DNA of 63,683 bases, filler included, from Parasitella parasitica NRRL 2501 (GCA_025201805.1; 4 parts of 4 records of this genome joined end to end with filler, not necessarily neighbours in it), one strand, 5' to 3'; counted from the whole stretch's first letter, positions 21,942 through 37,400 are shown. A program made the numbers and translations. The notes: a model not told the origin generated them from the letters alone.

Positions 21942-23994
21942 NNNNNNNNNNNNNNNNNNNNNNNNNNNNNNNNNNNNNNNNNNNNNNNNNNTTGTGTTAA
22001 TACATATACATAATCATGTAATAATCCTCGATAGCCTACCCAAATGAATGTGGATCGATGCCGCGCGTGGATTCCCAAAACCTACGTATATAGTTGCATA
22101 TATTCTGTCAAACCGCCATTGTAAAAGCTGTGCTGCAGCATGCTCACCTTGAAGGCACATGTCGTATGCCTCGATATTCGATGGTTGCATAGTCTGACAC
22201 TGAATTTCCACAACGATCGTTCATTGTTACCTGCCGGCCCTGCTGTCGTGCCTTGTTCACAAAATAGGCCTGCCAAGCTGTCGAGTTGTTAATGCCGCCA
22301 ATGTCGCACCACATGATGTCTGGTTCATAGTGATCTATCAGTTCCAAGATCTGAGGTACCTGTACCTCGTTGACGAAGTCGTCTACTTTGGGCGAGCCGT
22401 GATAGGACACGACTTTTCCAGTGTAAGGATTCACAGGCGGTCCATCCCAATTCAGCCATCTATCATGATAACTTGGATGGTACCATTCTGGCAGAGAAAC
22501 TACGGGCACGCATTAGCCTATGACATTCTTTTTTTTTGATTTTTACACATATACTTGCAGTAAACACCCCGTTTCAAATGAGGGTACTGTTGTTTTGCCA
22601 GCGACAGCAATTCTCTCGTAAAGTCCCTGAAAGGGTTCATTTTGACGCTTGACCTGTCCGTCACTTGGGTGTCAAACAAGGCAAAGCCGTCATGGTGCTT
22701 TGTGGTGAAGACAAAGTATTTGGCCCCACTGGCATCAATCACGTCCAGCCACTTTTGTGCAGCAAACTGATCTGGATTCCACGCCGGGATAAAGTCGTCG
22801 TATTCAATGTCTGGTCCGTAGAAGGACTTGTGGTAGTTGTAGGTGGAGCTGCCTTTTCTGTTGTAGTTCCACCAGTACCATTCTGCGTAGTCAGCGCCCA
22901 CAGGGGCCCAGGAAGGCACAGAGTAGAGTCCCCAATGTATGAAAATGCCAAACTTTGCAGATTCGTACCAGCGCGGCACCGAGTGTCCGTGCAGTGATCT
23001 ATACAGCCGTTAGGGATATACGAATCTTTTTTGACTCTCGACAGCAACAAAACCTTTCGTCCTGTTGGTAGTCTTCAATGCCAACATCTACATCATCCAA
23101 CGTTACAGACTCAATCACCTCGTTTCCCAGCGCATCAAAGACTTGGACCGTAGCTTGTGTCGATGCACGGCCCCTTCTTACGGTGTGAATGCCAACGTCT
23201 AAATTCATAACGTGGCCTGGAGCCAGCCGTTTGATATGGCCGTGATACTGAGTCCTGAAAAGAGGGCCCCTGACAAACACGCTAGCGTCTTTTACCCACT
23301 CAAGTCCAGTGTTCTGCACTCGCACTGTCACGATGGGATACTCCTTGTGTGCATTTTCCCACCATCTTGTAGTGCCTTTGGCCGATATCACCTGCAGCCC
23401 GCTGCTGGGTGCCAATCCCGTCACAGAAAACACATGCAGTGCAGGTGTAAAGTAGCCCAATGGGTTGTTGTAAGGAAGCACCATATGAGACGCATTCTTT
23501 GCCGGATCTGCAAGTAGCGGCACACTCATCAAGAGGGCAGGAACTCCATTGTTCAGCGAGCATGGGATGTGATCAATGCGGTGTATCTGATCCGTATGCC
23601 GCACTTGCCAGTCTGGCAGCTCCAGCGTAGTGGTTGATTTGGATCCGTCCTGGTAAACGAGCGTAACTTCTGTAGTGATTGGCCCATGATTCACAGAGGT
23701 CAGCAGGTGGATGGCTGCGTATGGCTTATTGGGCAGTGTGATTATCTGTCCGCGGCTCATTACATTGTCTTGGCCGCTGGCCACGCTCAGCTTGTATCTG
23801 ATGTTGCCAACATTCAATGGCGCCCCAGTCGACAAAGCAGGGCAGTTGAAATAGTTGCCTGCACCGTCAAAATCGGATCCAGGGCCTTGGGCGCCTCTGT
23901 TGTTTAAAAAAGAGTCCAAGTTTATATAGTCCTCACTTGCCTGAATGCACTGCAGCAAAGTCAATGCAATAGCAACAAATTTTATATATGGCAT
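21394..23994 (-). CDS. Secreted alpha-L-fucosidase (GH29) with an N-terminal extension, multi-exon
   Basis: Signal-like MPYIKFVAIALTLLQCIQA; WYESAKFGIFIHWGLYSVP, YAEWY, TTKHHDGFALF, PDIMWCD, NDR, GGNFLLNIGP. Confidence 0.92.
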
Positions 23995-24167
23995 TTACTG
24001 CTTGACGAGAGAAAGAGAGACTGAAGAAGAAGAAGAAGAAGAAAAAAAGAAGTGTGTTCTTCCCCTTTTTTACCCACTCTAGCTTGCCAAAGCAAAGTTT
24101 GGTTAGGCCACGTGAGGCACGTCTACTATACCAGAGTGATATTTATTCAGACGTTAAAATGTACGGT

Positions 24168-27100
24168 TTATTTAGCAACGCTTTTATCCTCTTCTGAACG
24201 ATAAAACGGACTCAAGGCGGCCTTGTTTAACTTGATCTTGGACACAGAGGGACGTTTCGCTGCAGTTTGTTTGAGAGTGGAGGAGGGCAAAGACGAGGAG
24301 CTTGTCGATTCACCCTCTTTCTTGTTGCGGCGCAAGGAATCTTGGCGCATACAGTCCTGCCGTGCCATTTGAAATGCAGTCAGATAAGTGACAACCATGT
24401 GGTCCTCCAGACATGTCTTTGAAATCAGAACTTCCTCGGATATCATGGACGAAGAGCGATGCAATGTGAACGTAGCTTGGTTCACTGGGGCTGGAGATTG
24501 GGGCGGCAACACTGGCTCGGACTGGCTCAGGCCGTTCACCACATAAGAGAGCGGTGTAGATCGTCGTTTCTTCTCGGTGGCTGTGGTGGAGCTGGACGAG
24601 GAAGCTCTGGGGCGATTTGTAAATGCTGCAGTAGGCGCTGTGCCGGGTAGTTTGATGTCTTGGGCAGGCAGCTTGGAGGAGGTCTTGGCTCCTCCGCGCC
24701 TAAACTGATAGACACGGCCAGGCACGTACAACAACGGGTATCGAGGTTCTTTATTGTGGTATATTTCTTTGCGTCTTGCCTGGATGATGTCAAAGCACTC
24801 TTTGCGCGTCGCAGGGTTGTTGTTCACTTTACTGGATCCGCCCAGCCCGTCCACTGCAATCAAGGAATCCATAATTAGCTCTTTTGCACACGAGGCAGTT
24901 CCGTAAGACAGTCGCCCCACAAGGTCGTCATGGCACACAAAGCTGTCAATGTGGTCTTTGTATCTCTCGGACAAATCATGCGACACACTTGCCACAGGGG
25001 CGTAGCTGTAGCAGTGCACTTTGAACTCGGGATTGTTGGATAGTTCTCGCAGCTGCTCAATGTGGTCCACAACCATCATGGTCAAGACAGCTGCGGTCCC
25101 AGCTCCAAGCGAGTGCCCAGTAATGATAAATGACGAAATGCGGCGTGTTTTGTTTTGTGTTTGTTCGCTGATGTACAAGTAGATTTGGGGGATGACCCGA
25201 GTAAAGAACCATTGCGCCGATGCCAAAATGCCAGAATGGACAAGCCCATTTTTCCATGGTTTGTACTCACAAACCAGATCAGTGATACAATCATAAAGAC
25301 TCTATTAAAAAAATAAAAACCAAGAGTGTGAATAACGTTCATCAAGAAAAAGTGTTCGCAACACTTACCCATGTTCCTCGGATGCCCACCACTACCGCTT
25401 CGTGCACTTGGTCGTAGGAGACAAAATAGCTAGGCTGAAATACGGCTCCTTTACGCAATCCGTACTCGTATCCCAAGAGGTCTTCTTGCGGGATCTTCAA
25501 ATACCGAACAATAGCCTCCTTATTCGACTTTGTCTTGACAACATCTACGCTGATGATTAGTCGGATTCTGTCGAGGAACGTTTTGCGCAAACGCATACCT
25601 TTTAAATATTTTGCATAATCTCCTAAATACGAAATTCCGCGCCANNNNNNNNNNNNNNNNNNNNNNNNNNNNNNNNNNNNNNNNNNNNNAAAAAAAAAAA
25701 AAAAAAAAAAAAAGTTGATCAGTATTCCAGTTTTGTTTGTATTTGTAAAATTCAGAACTCACATAGGCGATGATGGCATGTCCCAAAAAGTAATATGATT
25801 CATCCAAAAATTGCAAATCAGTGATTTTCTCGGCTAGCGGGGCTCTATACCATCAAATACGGTCGTGAGTCAAACCAGTTTGTGTGCCGTATACAAACAT
25901 ACGCCATACCTTGGGATTTCTGCATAAAAGTTTTGCAGTAATGATAGTGATGATAATAGCTGTAAAATCGTGATTTTAAAGCCTTGGCCCTAACGAGAAA
26001 AAAAAAAAAATAGTCAATTGTGCATCCCAACCTGTTGATAGCAAGCAAAGATAAACTCACGAATGCATTAAATATCTTGACCACAGCTCGAAGTAAAATT
26101 CTGGTTTGAGGGCTCACCACCATCCCAATCATTCGGTCCAAACTAGGGTGCGAAATCGCTACTTCTTCAAAGGACTCGTTCACCCATCTGAAAGCAAAGT
26201 TCTTGTCGCCAAAATTATGGCTTTTGATGCTCGCCGTGTCAGATAGTTCGTCCTTCTTTTTGTTTTCGCCGTCCATCTTGGGGAAATCCACCTTGTACTG
26301 TTCTAGATTGATGTAGCGGCGGTATCCTTTGTCTAAATTTTGATGAAACATGAGATCAACACTAGACTCGCTTTTGGGTAACAGTGGCTGTTGTTGATGT
26401 GGGGTAGGCGTAGAGGGCGTTGCCACACTCTGCATATCATCTACCAGCACAAGTCGTGGCTCCACAGCGTCGTGATAGTCCCGGTTGCGAGATGAATAGG
26501 CGGTAGAGCTGCTGCGACTACTGTAGCTGCTGCTCCGTTGGCTGCTTTTGTGGGACGAGGTGATGCATGACTGAAACGTATCCATGGATCTGTTTGAATG
26601 GTGAAAATAAAAGGGGGAAAGTGTGTCTGATTCAGATTGAGGTGGATGCTGAAACGAATAGCGAACTCTGACTTGAATCGAGCCAATAAAGGGTGTCATC
26701 GAGTGTTTGCCATGGCTGGGATGTGGTTCATAGGCAGGTGGCACATCCAGATAGAGTTCATTATCTTCCTGCTCGTGCTCAGTGTTTGTTGTGGTCTTTT
26801 TGTAGTGATATCGGTATTGCTTGAGCCTTGACATATCAGGCATGTGTGATTTCAAAAATGTGTGGGGCAGTGGGATGTGTGCTGGCAGATAGCGTCGCAC
26901 ATGATACTCGTACATTGGCAAAAATGTAATGAACACATCGTCTCTATCTTTCAGTTTGGCAATCTTGAGCTTTGCTTTGCCAATGTGTTTGGCTTTTGAT
27001 CGCCATTTGTTTCTCTTGTCGTAGAGATCCAGCTATAATGATAATAATAATAAAAATAAATTGGAATATTTAGTAAAGAAAAGAAATAGGAGGCGCTTGG

Positions 27101-27504
27101 ATGGTAGTAATACTTCGATCGTATCAAATAACTGATTGTGATAGGAAATGGTGAATAGAAATCCCTCGTTCCAGTTGCCGTTTGCGTGTTTTGATCTAGA
27201 ACTGAAATAATGCTGTGAGCCCATACGAAGTCTCATCAGTGGCCTTTTGACTGTAACATCGCTTCGAACATTGAGCAGATCAATCTGATTTTGCATGTTA
27301 GTAACCATGACAACCAAAAATAAAAAATAAAAAAAATAAAAAAGAAAGTTGTTGTACCTGTAATCTGCCTGGAGGCAATTGTGCTGTTGCCTGAACTGCT
27401 TCTCTTTTATCCCATTCTTGCTTTAGTTTCTGCAGATCGGGAAGCGAAAGCCTTCGCATTGTCGTCGTTGTTGTATTAGAAGCACTTGTCGACTTTTCTA
27501 TCAT
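24168..27504 (-). CDS. C2-domain plus class 3 lipase (DAG-lipase-like), multi-exon
   Basis: WNEGFLF C2-like exon; VVGIRGT, VHSGIL, ITGHSLGAGTA (GxSxG), DDLVGRLS, LEDH. Confidence 0.85.
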
Positions 27505-27776
27505 ATGTAATAACTAAGGAGGAAGCAAGAAAACCAGAAAGAAAAAAAAGAATAAAACACCCACAAAANNNNNNNNNNAAAAAAGGACAAGCTTATAATC
27601 ACAACAAACATCATTTTCATGGATTTTTTAATTGGATAGCACACGTGTAAATTTAATTGTTATAGACAAAAAAAAAAAAAAGGTTTTATTTTTTCAATGA
27701 GAGAAATGTTGTATGAAATGAAAAGGTTATTTTAAAATGTTTCGTTTAGATTTTCTAAATATGAGACAAAAGTTAT

Positions 27777-29105
27777 TTACAAAACGTTCTTGTTGTTGAG
27801 ATTGTCCATGGCCTCGATAACACGGTCAGTCATGGTAACTTCAGCAGCACGAATGAAAACACGTGGGTCATAGTATTTTTTGTTGGGCTTCTCAGGACCC
27901 TCAGGATTACCGACTTGGCTTTGGAGATAGGCCTTGTTCTTTTCGTAGAAATCACGGAGACCCTTCCAGTAAGCCCATTGAGTATCGGTATCAACGTTCA
28001 TCTTGACAACACCAAAGCTGAGGGCAGTTTCAATTTCCTTTGTGGTGGAACCGGAACCACCATGGAAGACAAAGTAAACAGGCTTGTCAGATTTTGACTT
28101 GAGTTGTTCCTTGACGTAAGCTTGATGCTTGCCTAAAAGTTCGGGGTGAAGCTTGACGTTGCCAGGTGCGTAGACACCATGGACGTTGCCGAAAGCAGCG
28201 GCAATGGAGAAGAGAGGGGAGACTTCAGAGAAGCGACGATAGATTTCCCAAATGTCTTCGGGTTGAGTGTACAGAGCAGAGTTATCGACATCAGAGTTAT
28301 CGACACCATCTTCTTCGCCACCAGTGATACCGATCTCCATCTCGAGGAGACACTTCATGGGTGCCATACGCTTGAGGTATTTGAGACAGATTTCAATGTT
28401 CTCCTCCATGGGCTCTTCTGAGAGATCCAACATGTGAGAAGAGAAAAGAGGCTCGCCGTGAGCCTTAAAGTATTCTTCATCGGCAGCAATCATACCGTCG
28501 AACCAGGGAAGGAGTTTCTTGGCACAATGGTCAGAGTGAACAAGGACGGGGACACCGTAAGCCTTGGCAATGGAACGGACATATTGGGCGCCAGAGACAG
28601 CACCAAGGATGGAGGCTTCTTGGTTCTTGTTATCGATGGCCTTACCGGCAACGAAAGCAGCACCACCGTTGGAGAACTGAATGATGACAGGAGAGCGGTT
28701 CTTCTTGGCGGCTTCGAGGGCAGCATTGACGGTACTAATTGGATGAATGTTAGTATATGCATTCAAGACTTTTGAATCCACGTTTGTCGTATGGGAGGTT
28801 CAAGAAAACACATGGCATGAATCAAAGAGTCTCACCGATGACTCTAAAAAAAACTTTCATGTCTCACCCATCATTTCCCATGCCGAAAAAGGGCAACGTG
28901 TAGAGAATTCATTCAAATTCAGTGAAATATTTTACCTGGTAGAAGTACAGTTGATAGCGGGAATAGCAAACTTATGCTCTTGAGCTACTCAATGTTGGTT
29001 AAATTTCGTGTATTTTTTGGACATCTGCAACATACCATAATCGAAAAGCTTCTTAACATTGTCACCAGTGACGACGCCGGCGGGAACGATATCTAAAAGA
29101 CCCAT
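27777..29105 (-). CDS. FBA1: Fructose-1,6-bisphosphate aldolase class II, 3 exons
   Basis: MGLLDIVPAGVVTGDNV..., FAIPAINCTS, HSDHCAKKLLPW, EIGITGGEEDG, GNVHGVY, FHGGSGS, KKYYDPR. Confidence 0.97.
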
Positions 29106-29715
29106 TGTAATTTGTATTATATAAATGAAATGTAAGGAAAGCGATGAGATGTTGGATCAAGTCTTGTCTTTTATATAAGCGAAAAAAAAAAAAAAAGTGA
29201 ACCCAAGGGTTACATCATATATTCCGAATCATTTCAAGCCAAGGTAAAACCAGAAAGCGATTAGTTAGATCGATATCTCGTATGATTCAAACTGAATCCC
29301 CTGCTATCTTTAATCAACTCAGTTCATCACATTTTTTAGCTGAAGAGACACACCGCGTTTTTCCCATGTTGCCATTTGATGGCGAAGGAAACTAGCATGG
29401 AAGTAAACCCATGCTTTCCTTTTTCTCGCTAAAAGGCTGCTTTACACATGCACATGAATACAATAATAAGCGAGGCATATTCTTTTGATGCTGCATGTTT
29501 GAGGATAACAATTTTTTTTCTTCCACCCATCTGCCTATGATCTTTCAAAGCGATCGATTGATGCTGATAATTGATTGCACTCAGTGATTAGTTTTTTTTT
29601 TTTTTTTTCTTTGGTTTCCCGCTTTGGGATCAAATTCATCAGCAAGATCTTTTTATTATTTAATGGATGAAAGGTGAATTGTATTGATTGCATGGTTGTA
29701 TGTGTATAATGCAAG

Positions 29716-29729
29716 TGTGTGTGTGTGTA

Positions 29730-29768
<39 letters not shown>
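29716..29768 (+). repeat. (GT)n/(GA)n microsatellite
   Basis: Direct observation. Confidence 0.9.
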
Positions 29769-29771
<3 letters not shown>

Positions 29772-29825
29772 TAGAATGCTAATCCTTGCTTTGCTTGTTG
29801 AATCATGTCATTCAATCTTCCTTGT

Positions 29826-30817
<992 letters not shown>

Positions 30818-31967
30818 GGCTAGTGTATAATCGTTCGATTCAACTGGATTTTGCAACTAGAATAAAGCTTTTATCTCAAAAATGTGAATGAGTAGAAAAG
30901 GAGTTATGTTTGGTTAATGCTGCCCCCCTTACGAGGAAAAAATTTTTTTTTTTTCTCTCCATTCATCCATGAGGGCCCGGAGCCTCCATGTGTCGTGACC
31001 TTTAGAGTGCATCTTACCGTATACACTGCTCGCTATATAGAGCATATCTATCTCGGTCCCACATGAGGAATCTCGCTATTAAATCAGGCCCTCTGTGAAA
31101 AGGACCTATGGCCTGGCTTCCATACATGAATAGAATACGTTGGCAGTAGTTCCCATAGCACAGACACATGAAATCTTTTTTTTTTTTTTCCTTTGTGTTT
31201 AAACGTCGGCTTCTTGACCTCTGACCAGCTTGGAGATTTTGGAATGGCAATTGACAACTTGGCTCGGATCCTTGGACGAATGCATCATTTACAGATATAC
31301 TTGAAGCTACAGGAGCCATATAACTAGAAATTGGCTCTAGCCTAAATGCTATTTCGCTAGTTATCGCATTAACGCCACAACGTGAGATCACAACTTGTGA
31401 AGTTTGACCAGCTTTTCTGTCCTTGAGCAGTGGTGGAGAAGTGATGAGCACAATATGCTAACCCTCGGCCGTATTTTCAAGTCTCTCGCCAAACTGTTCA
31501 AACTGCAGCTTTAACGAAACTTTCACCAAAGCGAGTCAAATGCGACTATAGATTTTTCAGTTTCTTGCAAATCGATAGACGAAGGCTCGATCAAGGGGTC
31601 CCAGAAGAAAATTGGTCTCCTGATGACATTTTTTTTACTTTGGAACGCCCTGTCAAAAAATGGGATGATCTCAATTCAATGATAATGTAGCAAACCCTTA
31701 TTGTGTAACGGTATTTATTTTCTATACATACAACGTATGATCGGAATTATCCAAAGCAAAGATAAATACATTGAGATTTAGACATAGAGAGAGAGAGAGA
31801 GAGAAATGCGCAAGCAATGGCAGTTGAAGGATATGCAATAAATAGAAAAGAAAAAAAAATAGCTTGCCCTCAAAGCTGCATAAAAACCAAATGAACCAGC
31901 ATCTCTTCTCTTGTCAGCTATCCAAACTCTGGAAATGGGTTGGTGCAATGCTTTGCTTTATTGTAAA

Positions 31968-33851
31968 CTATTGGGGATTTATCATCAGCTCAGGCTTAAC
32001 CCAATGATCGTAATCGTCAGAAGATAGGTAATCTAGGGAAAGAACAGCTTCTTTCAAAGTTGTTCCCTCGTTATGAGCCTTTTTGGCACACTTGGCAGCT
32101 TTGTCGTATCCAATGACAGGGTTCAATGAGGTGACCAACATAAGAGACTATGAAGCACGTATTAGATACCGCCAGCTTTACGAGTCGACGTAACACTCAC
32201 TCTGTTCATAATCGACTTGATATGCTCGCGATTAGCAACAATGCCAACAACGCAGTTATCTTTGAATGAACGACATACATCACTCAACAACTTGATTGAT
32301 TGAAGCACGTTCTTAATAATGACAGGCTTGAATACATTCAGCTATTTTGGTAAAGGATTAAAGCCCGTGTGTACCGGAATCTTTACTTTTCATTTATACT
32401 ACCTCAAATTGGCCATAGCTTCCAGAGATGGTTACAGTTGTGTGGTTACCCATAACTTGAGCGCAAACCATTGTCAAGGCCTCGCACTGAGTGGGGTTAA
32501 CTTTACCAGGCATGATAGAAGATCCAGGCTCGTTTTCGGGTAGACTCAACTCGCCTAGACCACAACGAGGGCCAGATCCCAAGTAACGGATGTCATTTCC
32601 AATTTTCATTAATGAAACAGCAACTGTATTAAGTGCACCCGAGCACTCGACCATGGCATCGTTGCTAGCAAGTGCTTCAAACTATATCAGGTTGATGAAC
32701 CGTCCATTCAAAAAAAAAAAAAAATCTCGGCCAAGAACACTTTTACCTTGTTTGGTGCCGTCTCAAAGGCGTAACCAGTTGATTCAGAAACAGCCTTTGC
32801 GATATTTACGTCAAACCCCTTGTGAGTGTTAAGACCAGTTCCTACAGCAGTTCCGCCTTGAGCCAAGCGAGATAATCTGGGTAAAGTAGCTTGAACACGC
32901 TCAATAGCATACGTCAGTTGTTGAACATAGCCTGAAAATTCTTGTCCCAGGGTCAATGGAGTGGCATCCTGAAGATGCGTTCGGCCAATTTTAATAATGT
33001 CTTGGAATTCATCTGATTTGACTTGCAAGGCATCACGCAGCTGAGTCAACGCAGGAATGAGATCAGTGTTGGTTTCTACTACAGCTGCAATGTGCATTGC
33101 GGTTGGAAAGCTTTGACAAAAATCAGGGTCAAAAACGACACTACTGAACAATGTACGTACGTGTCGTTGGAAGATTGACTCATGTTTACATGGTCATTAG
33201 GATGGACTGGTGTCTTGCTCCCGAGCTTACCTCCCAAAATTTCAATTGCCCTGTTTGAGATAACCTAAGATGCCCCGTGAGCGATTAATGAATTTTACCC
33301 AGTTCAATTGCCGAGATTTCATGCAACTAATCAATACCTCGTTGACATTCATACTAGACATTACCAACAAGGAAATAAGAATGCTTGATACAAAACAACT
33401 CTCTCAAGACACACTTACTGAGTTTGAGTACCTGAACCTGTTTGCCAGACAACCAAAGGGAACTGATCGTCGTGTTTCCCTGCAATTACCTTGGAGGAAA
33501 ATCTTGTTAACACCGTGCAACAGTTTAATTCAAGCAACATACCTCATCGGCAGCTTGCTGGATGGCTTCAGAGATTTTGGCATCCAGTTTATATTCAAGG
33601 TTGACTTTGGCAGCAGCTTTTTTGAGGATGCCAAATGCTTTGATTAAAGCAGAGGGCATACGCTCACTAGGACCACCAATTTTAAAGTTTTCAAGAGATC
33701 TAATTTAAATGGGTCAGCAAAGGGGGGAGGGGGAGGGCAAACGCGTATTGCGGGGGAGAGGTTACCTTTGAGTTTGAGCACCCCAATACACATTAGCTGG
33801 TACCTTTAAATCACCAAAAGTATCACTCTCAATACGGTATTCTGTAGCCAT
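31968..33851 (-). CDS. FUM1: Fumarate hydratase class II, many short introns
   Basis: [13 protein letters not shown]...[18 protein letters not shown], signature [11 protein letters not shown], ends PELMINPQ*. Confidence 0.96.
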
Positions 33852-34184
33852 TATATGTAAAAAAAAGTCAGTTGATCTTGGGGATTAGATTGCGAAAGAG
33901 ATGCAATCGGAATGATTTGAAATAAAAGAGAAGATGTAAAATGCTCTTCCAACGTGACTCTGGTTGCCATCTGATGTACGATATTGTTGCTACCTTGATA
34001 CGAGAGTGTACTTATTCCGGAAAATCATGCAAAATGGTCAAATTGCTCGTGGTACAAGGATTTCCTAATATCCAATCAGAGTCGTTGGTCCAACAGAGAC
34101 AATGAATCGCTCTACAGAGAGTCGTTCTACATGTTAACTACAACTACCTTTTCCTCAGTCAAAACAAGGGGTAAAGACCAAGTA

Positions 34185-34737
34185 CAGTATCATAACTAAA
34201 AAAAATATTTTTAGAAATAAAAATATTTTATTTCCTTCAATTAAAAATGCAAAAAAGTCGAAAACCTTCCTAATTCAGAAGGTAATAACTGAATCTTTCC
34301 CTACATTTGAGACAGTAAAATTAAATCCTGACTTGCCACGAAATCTCGTTATTATTAGAGCCCTGAAGTTAGAAATCATGTATAAACCTTCACATTTTCG
34401 ATTTATTCTATTAAAAAACAATACATATCAACCCTTATTTAGCTTGTTAATAATGTGTCAACTATGTCATTTGCTTTTAATGGTCGCAAAAGACGCCTTA
34501 TTGCTATTAATGATGAAGAAGAACAAATGCTAGATCAGTCGTGAGTCTTGCGGACAAATCAGCACTTGAACAGCCAATTTACTTTCATGATGCATGCACT
34601 CAACAACAATCATAACCAAGAAGTTATGCATAAGTCTCACCACAATTCTCTGTTAAATGCAGTGTTTTTTCAGTTACATCAGCAAAATCGACGACTAAAG
34701 ACAAGACAGCAACGAGACATAATCCAAACATTGAAAA
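34185..34737 (+). mobile_element. Probable 5' end of a degenerate Tc1/IS630-like element, cut by a gap
   Basis: TA|CAGT start, AT-rich leader, broken ORF resembling the N-terminus of the element at 53597-55452. Confidence 0.3.
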
Positions 34738-34837
34738 NNNNNNNNNNNNNNNNNNNNNNNNNNNNNNNNNNNNNNNNNNNNTTAATTAATTAANNNNNNN
34801 NNNNNNNNNNNNNNNNNNNNNNNNNNNNNNNNNNNNN

Positions 34838-35019
34838 ATCTGCCAAAGAATTACACTTTTGTTCATAATACATCTCCCAATGTATTATATACACATTCAT
34901 TACACTAGGGTTCTACTGTCTAGCTGCATAATGTAAATCATGACTACCCATGATTTACTGTAAGACCCTGGGACTGATCTGAGATCCTGATGTGAGACCT
35001 TGCCATGTTATTGATATAA
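34838..35019 (+). repeat. Repeat of about 180 bp with an inverted copy at 60761-60931
   Basis: ATCTGCCAAAGAATTACACTTT...GTAAGACCCTGGGACTGAT...GAGACCTTGCCAT is the reverse complement of 60761-60931 with few differences. Confidence 0.85.
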
Positions 35020-35274
35020 CACCTGGAACTTTGCAAGAGGTCTAATTACAACTTGTAGCTTATTCCTTATTTGTAAAAAAATTACCAACAATTAATATCA
35101 TGATCCATGCATTATGACTAAGTTAGATATGACATATGTAGCCTTTATATGGATACAACAACTGTATTATGCTTCATAAAACCAGAAATGATTGTCGCTA
35201 TCCGAGCATAACTTGGGTTACATCATTGGGCGAGGCCTTTATCCAAAGTTATCTTCGAAAACAGTTTTATTCTT

Positions 35275-35771
35275 CTGATCTGCCATAATCTAGGATAGGA
35301 GATCATCAAAATGTACTTTGATTAAAGATTAGAGATTGTCCAATGATGTGTTGTTATACTTGTCGAAACAGGAGGATAAGCCTTTGTTTCAAATCAAGAA
35401 GGTTATCTATAACACCGATCTGTGTTATTGACAACTAATAAGGTACTGTCAGATCAAAAATCAATAGCCTTGTAGTATAATAATACGTCGTACCTTGTTA
35501 AGGATATGATGTTGCTTGCAAATTACTCTTATCGATTAGTATTGATTAGGTATTCTAAATAATTCACCAAGAATTTATGTAGTTGTAAAAAGTAAAACAG
35601 CGGATGCAAAGTTGAATATTTAATAAAGTAATCTCAAGTTGTCGTATCTCGTTAATTCAACGTTTTATTTTATACTTTTCTTATTTTCGATCTTGCATGT
35701 GTCAACGAATAAAATATCTTTAAGTTTTCGTATCTCGTTAACCTTTGGTTTCTATTATCTTTTTTGGTCCG
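35275..35771 (-). repeat. Diverged inverted copy of the 15625-16040 repeat
   Basis: Shared blocks such as TGATCTGCCATAA, GTTTCAAATCAAGAAGGTTAT, CTGTCAGATCAAA and GTATCTCGTTAA. Confidence 0.7.
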
Positions 35772-36621
35772 ACAAACAAACTGATCTTGACTTGATTATT
35801 AAGTTTATCTGATAAATCAACCATGTCTAAATATACTAGTCATCCCATTCTACTACGCATTTTTGCTCATGCTCGCTTATGATGTATTATACCAAGTATA
35901 ATACATAACCGCTAAGATTTGATCTATATCGTAAACAGACTTAGTGCTATCTGGCAACAAACATTTAAAAATATGTGAACGAAAAAGTGCACGTATTATA
36001 TAAATTTAGCAACTGAAAACTCAAAGTAATTTCATATTAACGCATATACGTTTTGATATAGAGCAAAGTGAAGCCTGTTTGACATAGCTAATAGAGGCAT
36101 GATTAGAGCAACCTCATATATTTGTTTTTCACTGGGTCACATGTGTATCAGAAGCTCTGAGCAAAAATAGTTTTTATTTTCGTAATTAATTAATTGAGAT
36201 AAACACAAGATATCATCAGATAATTTTTAAAGCTGTAGACTTTGTTGTATTTTATAAGATGTTAAGCTACACAAACTACCATATTGTTCAGGTTAGCATC
36301 GATAAGCTTCTATTCCCTGGGCTCCAATAGTATGTCAACCATTTATCCTTCATATTACCTCAAAGGCAATAAGTGATTCGTCTGTATACCTATTATTACG
36401 AGGTCAAACCTTTAAATTCTAATTATACACGAAATTGATCATGTAGAACAATTTTTATTGCAGCACACATAATAAAAATTTAAGCTGTTAAGTTATCTTG
36501 TGCATCTTTTTCACAAACTTTTCATTCAATTTTGGAAGAAATCTCGTACATCGATCGCAGTAAATTTTTTGGACAGTTGTGTGATAAAGTCTTTGCACAT
36601 GTAATATTTTTCACAGTGAGT

Positions 36622-37400
36622 TTACAATGGCTCTCTATCTAAGCAAGCTTGAAACTTCGATACAGAGTATCTGCAGAAACCTTGAAGATCACTTAAGAAG
36701 ATGTTAATATATAAGTCACCAATTTTGGATGGTAAAGGTTCTTCTTTTAGCAGCTTCTGTCGCTTTTTCTTGCTCTTGCATACTGACCAAAACTGCTCGA
36801 TAGTATTTAGCTCAGGAAAATACGGTGAAAGATAAAAAAAACCATAACCTATATGTTCGATGTACTTCTGAATTTCTAAATGAGAATAGATTGGTGCATT
36901 GTCCATAAAGATATAATGCCATTTAAATTGTTCATGCCTATTCAGTACATCTAATGTTATAGCCAGAATGTTGAAATAATGACCTTCTTTTCCTTTGTTC
37001 ACGATCTATACAGATCCTCCTCCAGTTTTTCTTTTCTTTGAAGGCTCAATTTTTTTTTGGGCGCCTTATATTAATATTCAAGACACCATATAAAGCAATA
37101 GCAGCCAATATGATGATGTTGTTTGCTGTCATTTTTAGAACAGTGACAAATAGCGTAGACCAAGCTATAGAGCGATTCATGTTTATATTCATGAGCTGCT
37201 ATCTCCTCTTCTGTCACCTCTATAATCTTCATCGGTTTTCTTGGTGGTTTCAAATTAATTGTTCCGAAGAGTATTGTGCATTATCCACTTTCATTTCATA
37301 ATATGAGCTTCTTATACTTTCTCATTAAAAAAATTGCACTTTCCATCTACATAGATAAAAGTATTCATGTTATAACTACGGAAGAAAAAGACGTGATTTT
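36622..37400 (-). pseudogene. IS630/Tc1-like DDE transposase remnant
   Basis: HYFNIL..TLDVL...YIFMDNAPIY...LSPYFPELNTIEQFWS. Confidence 0.85.
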
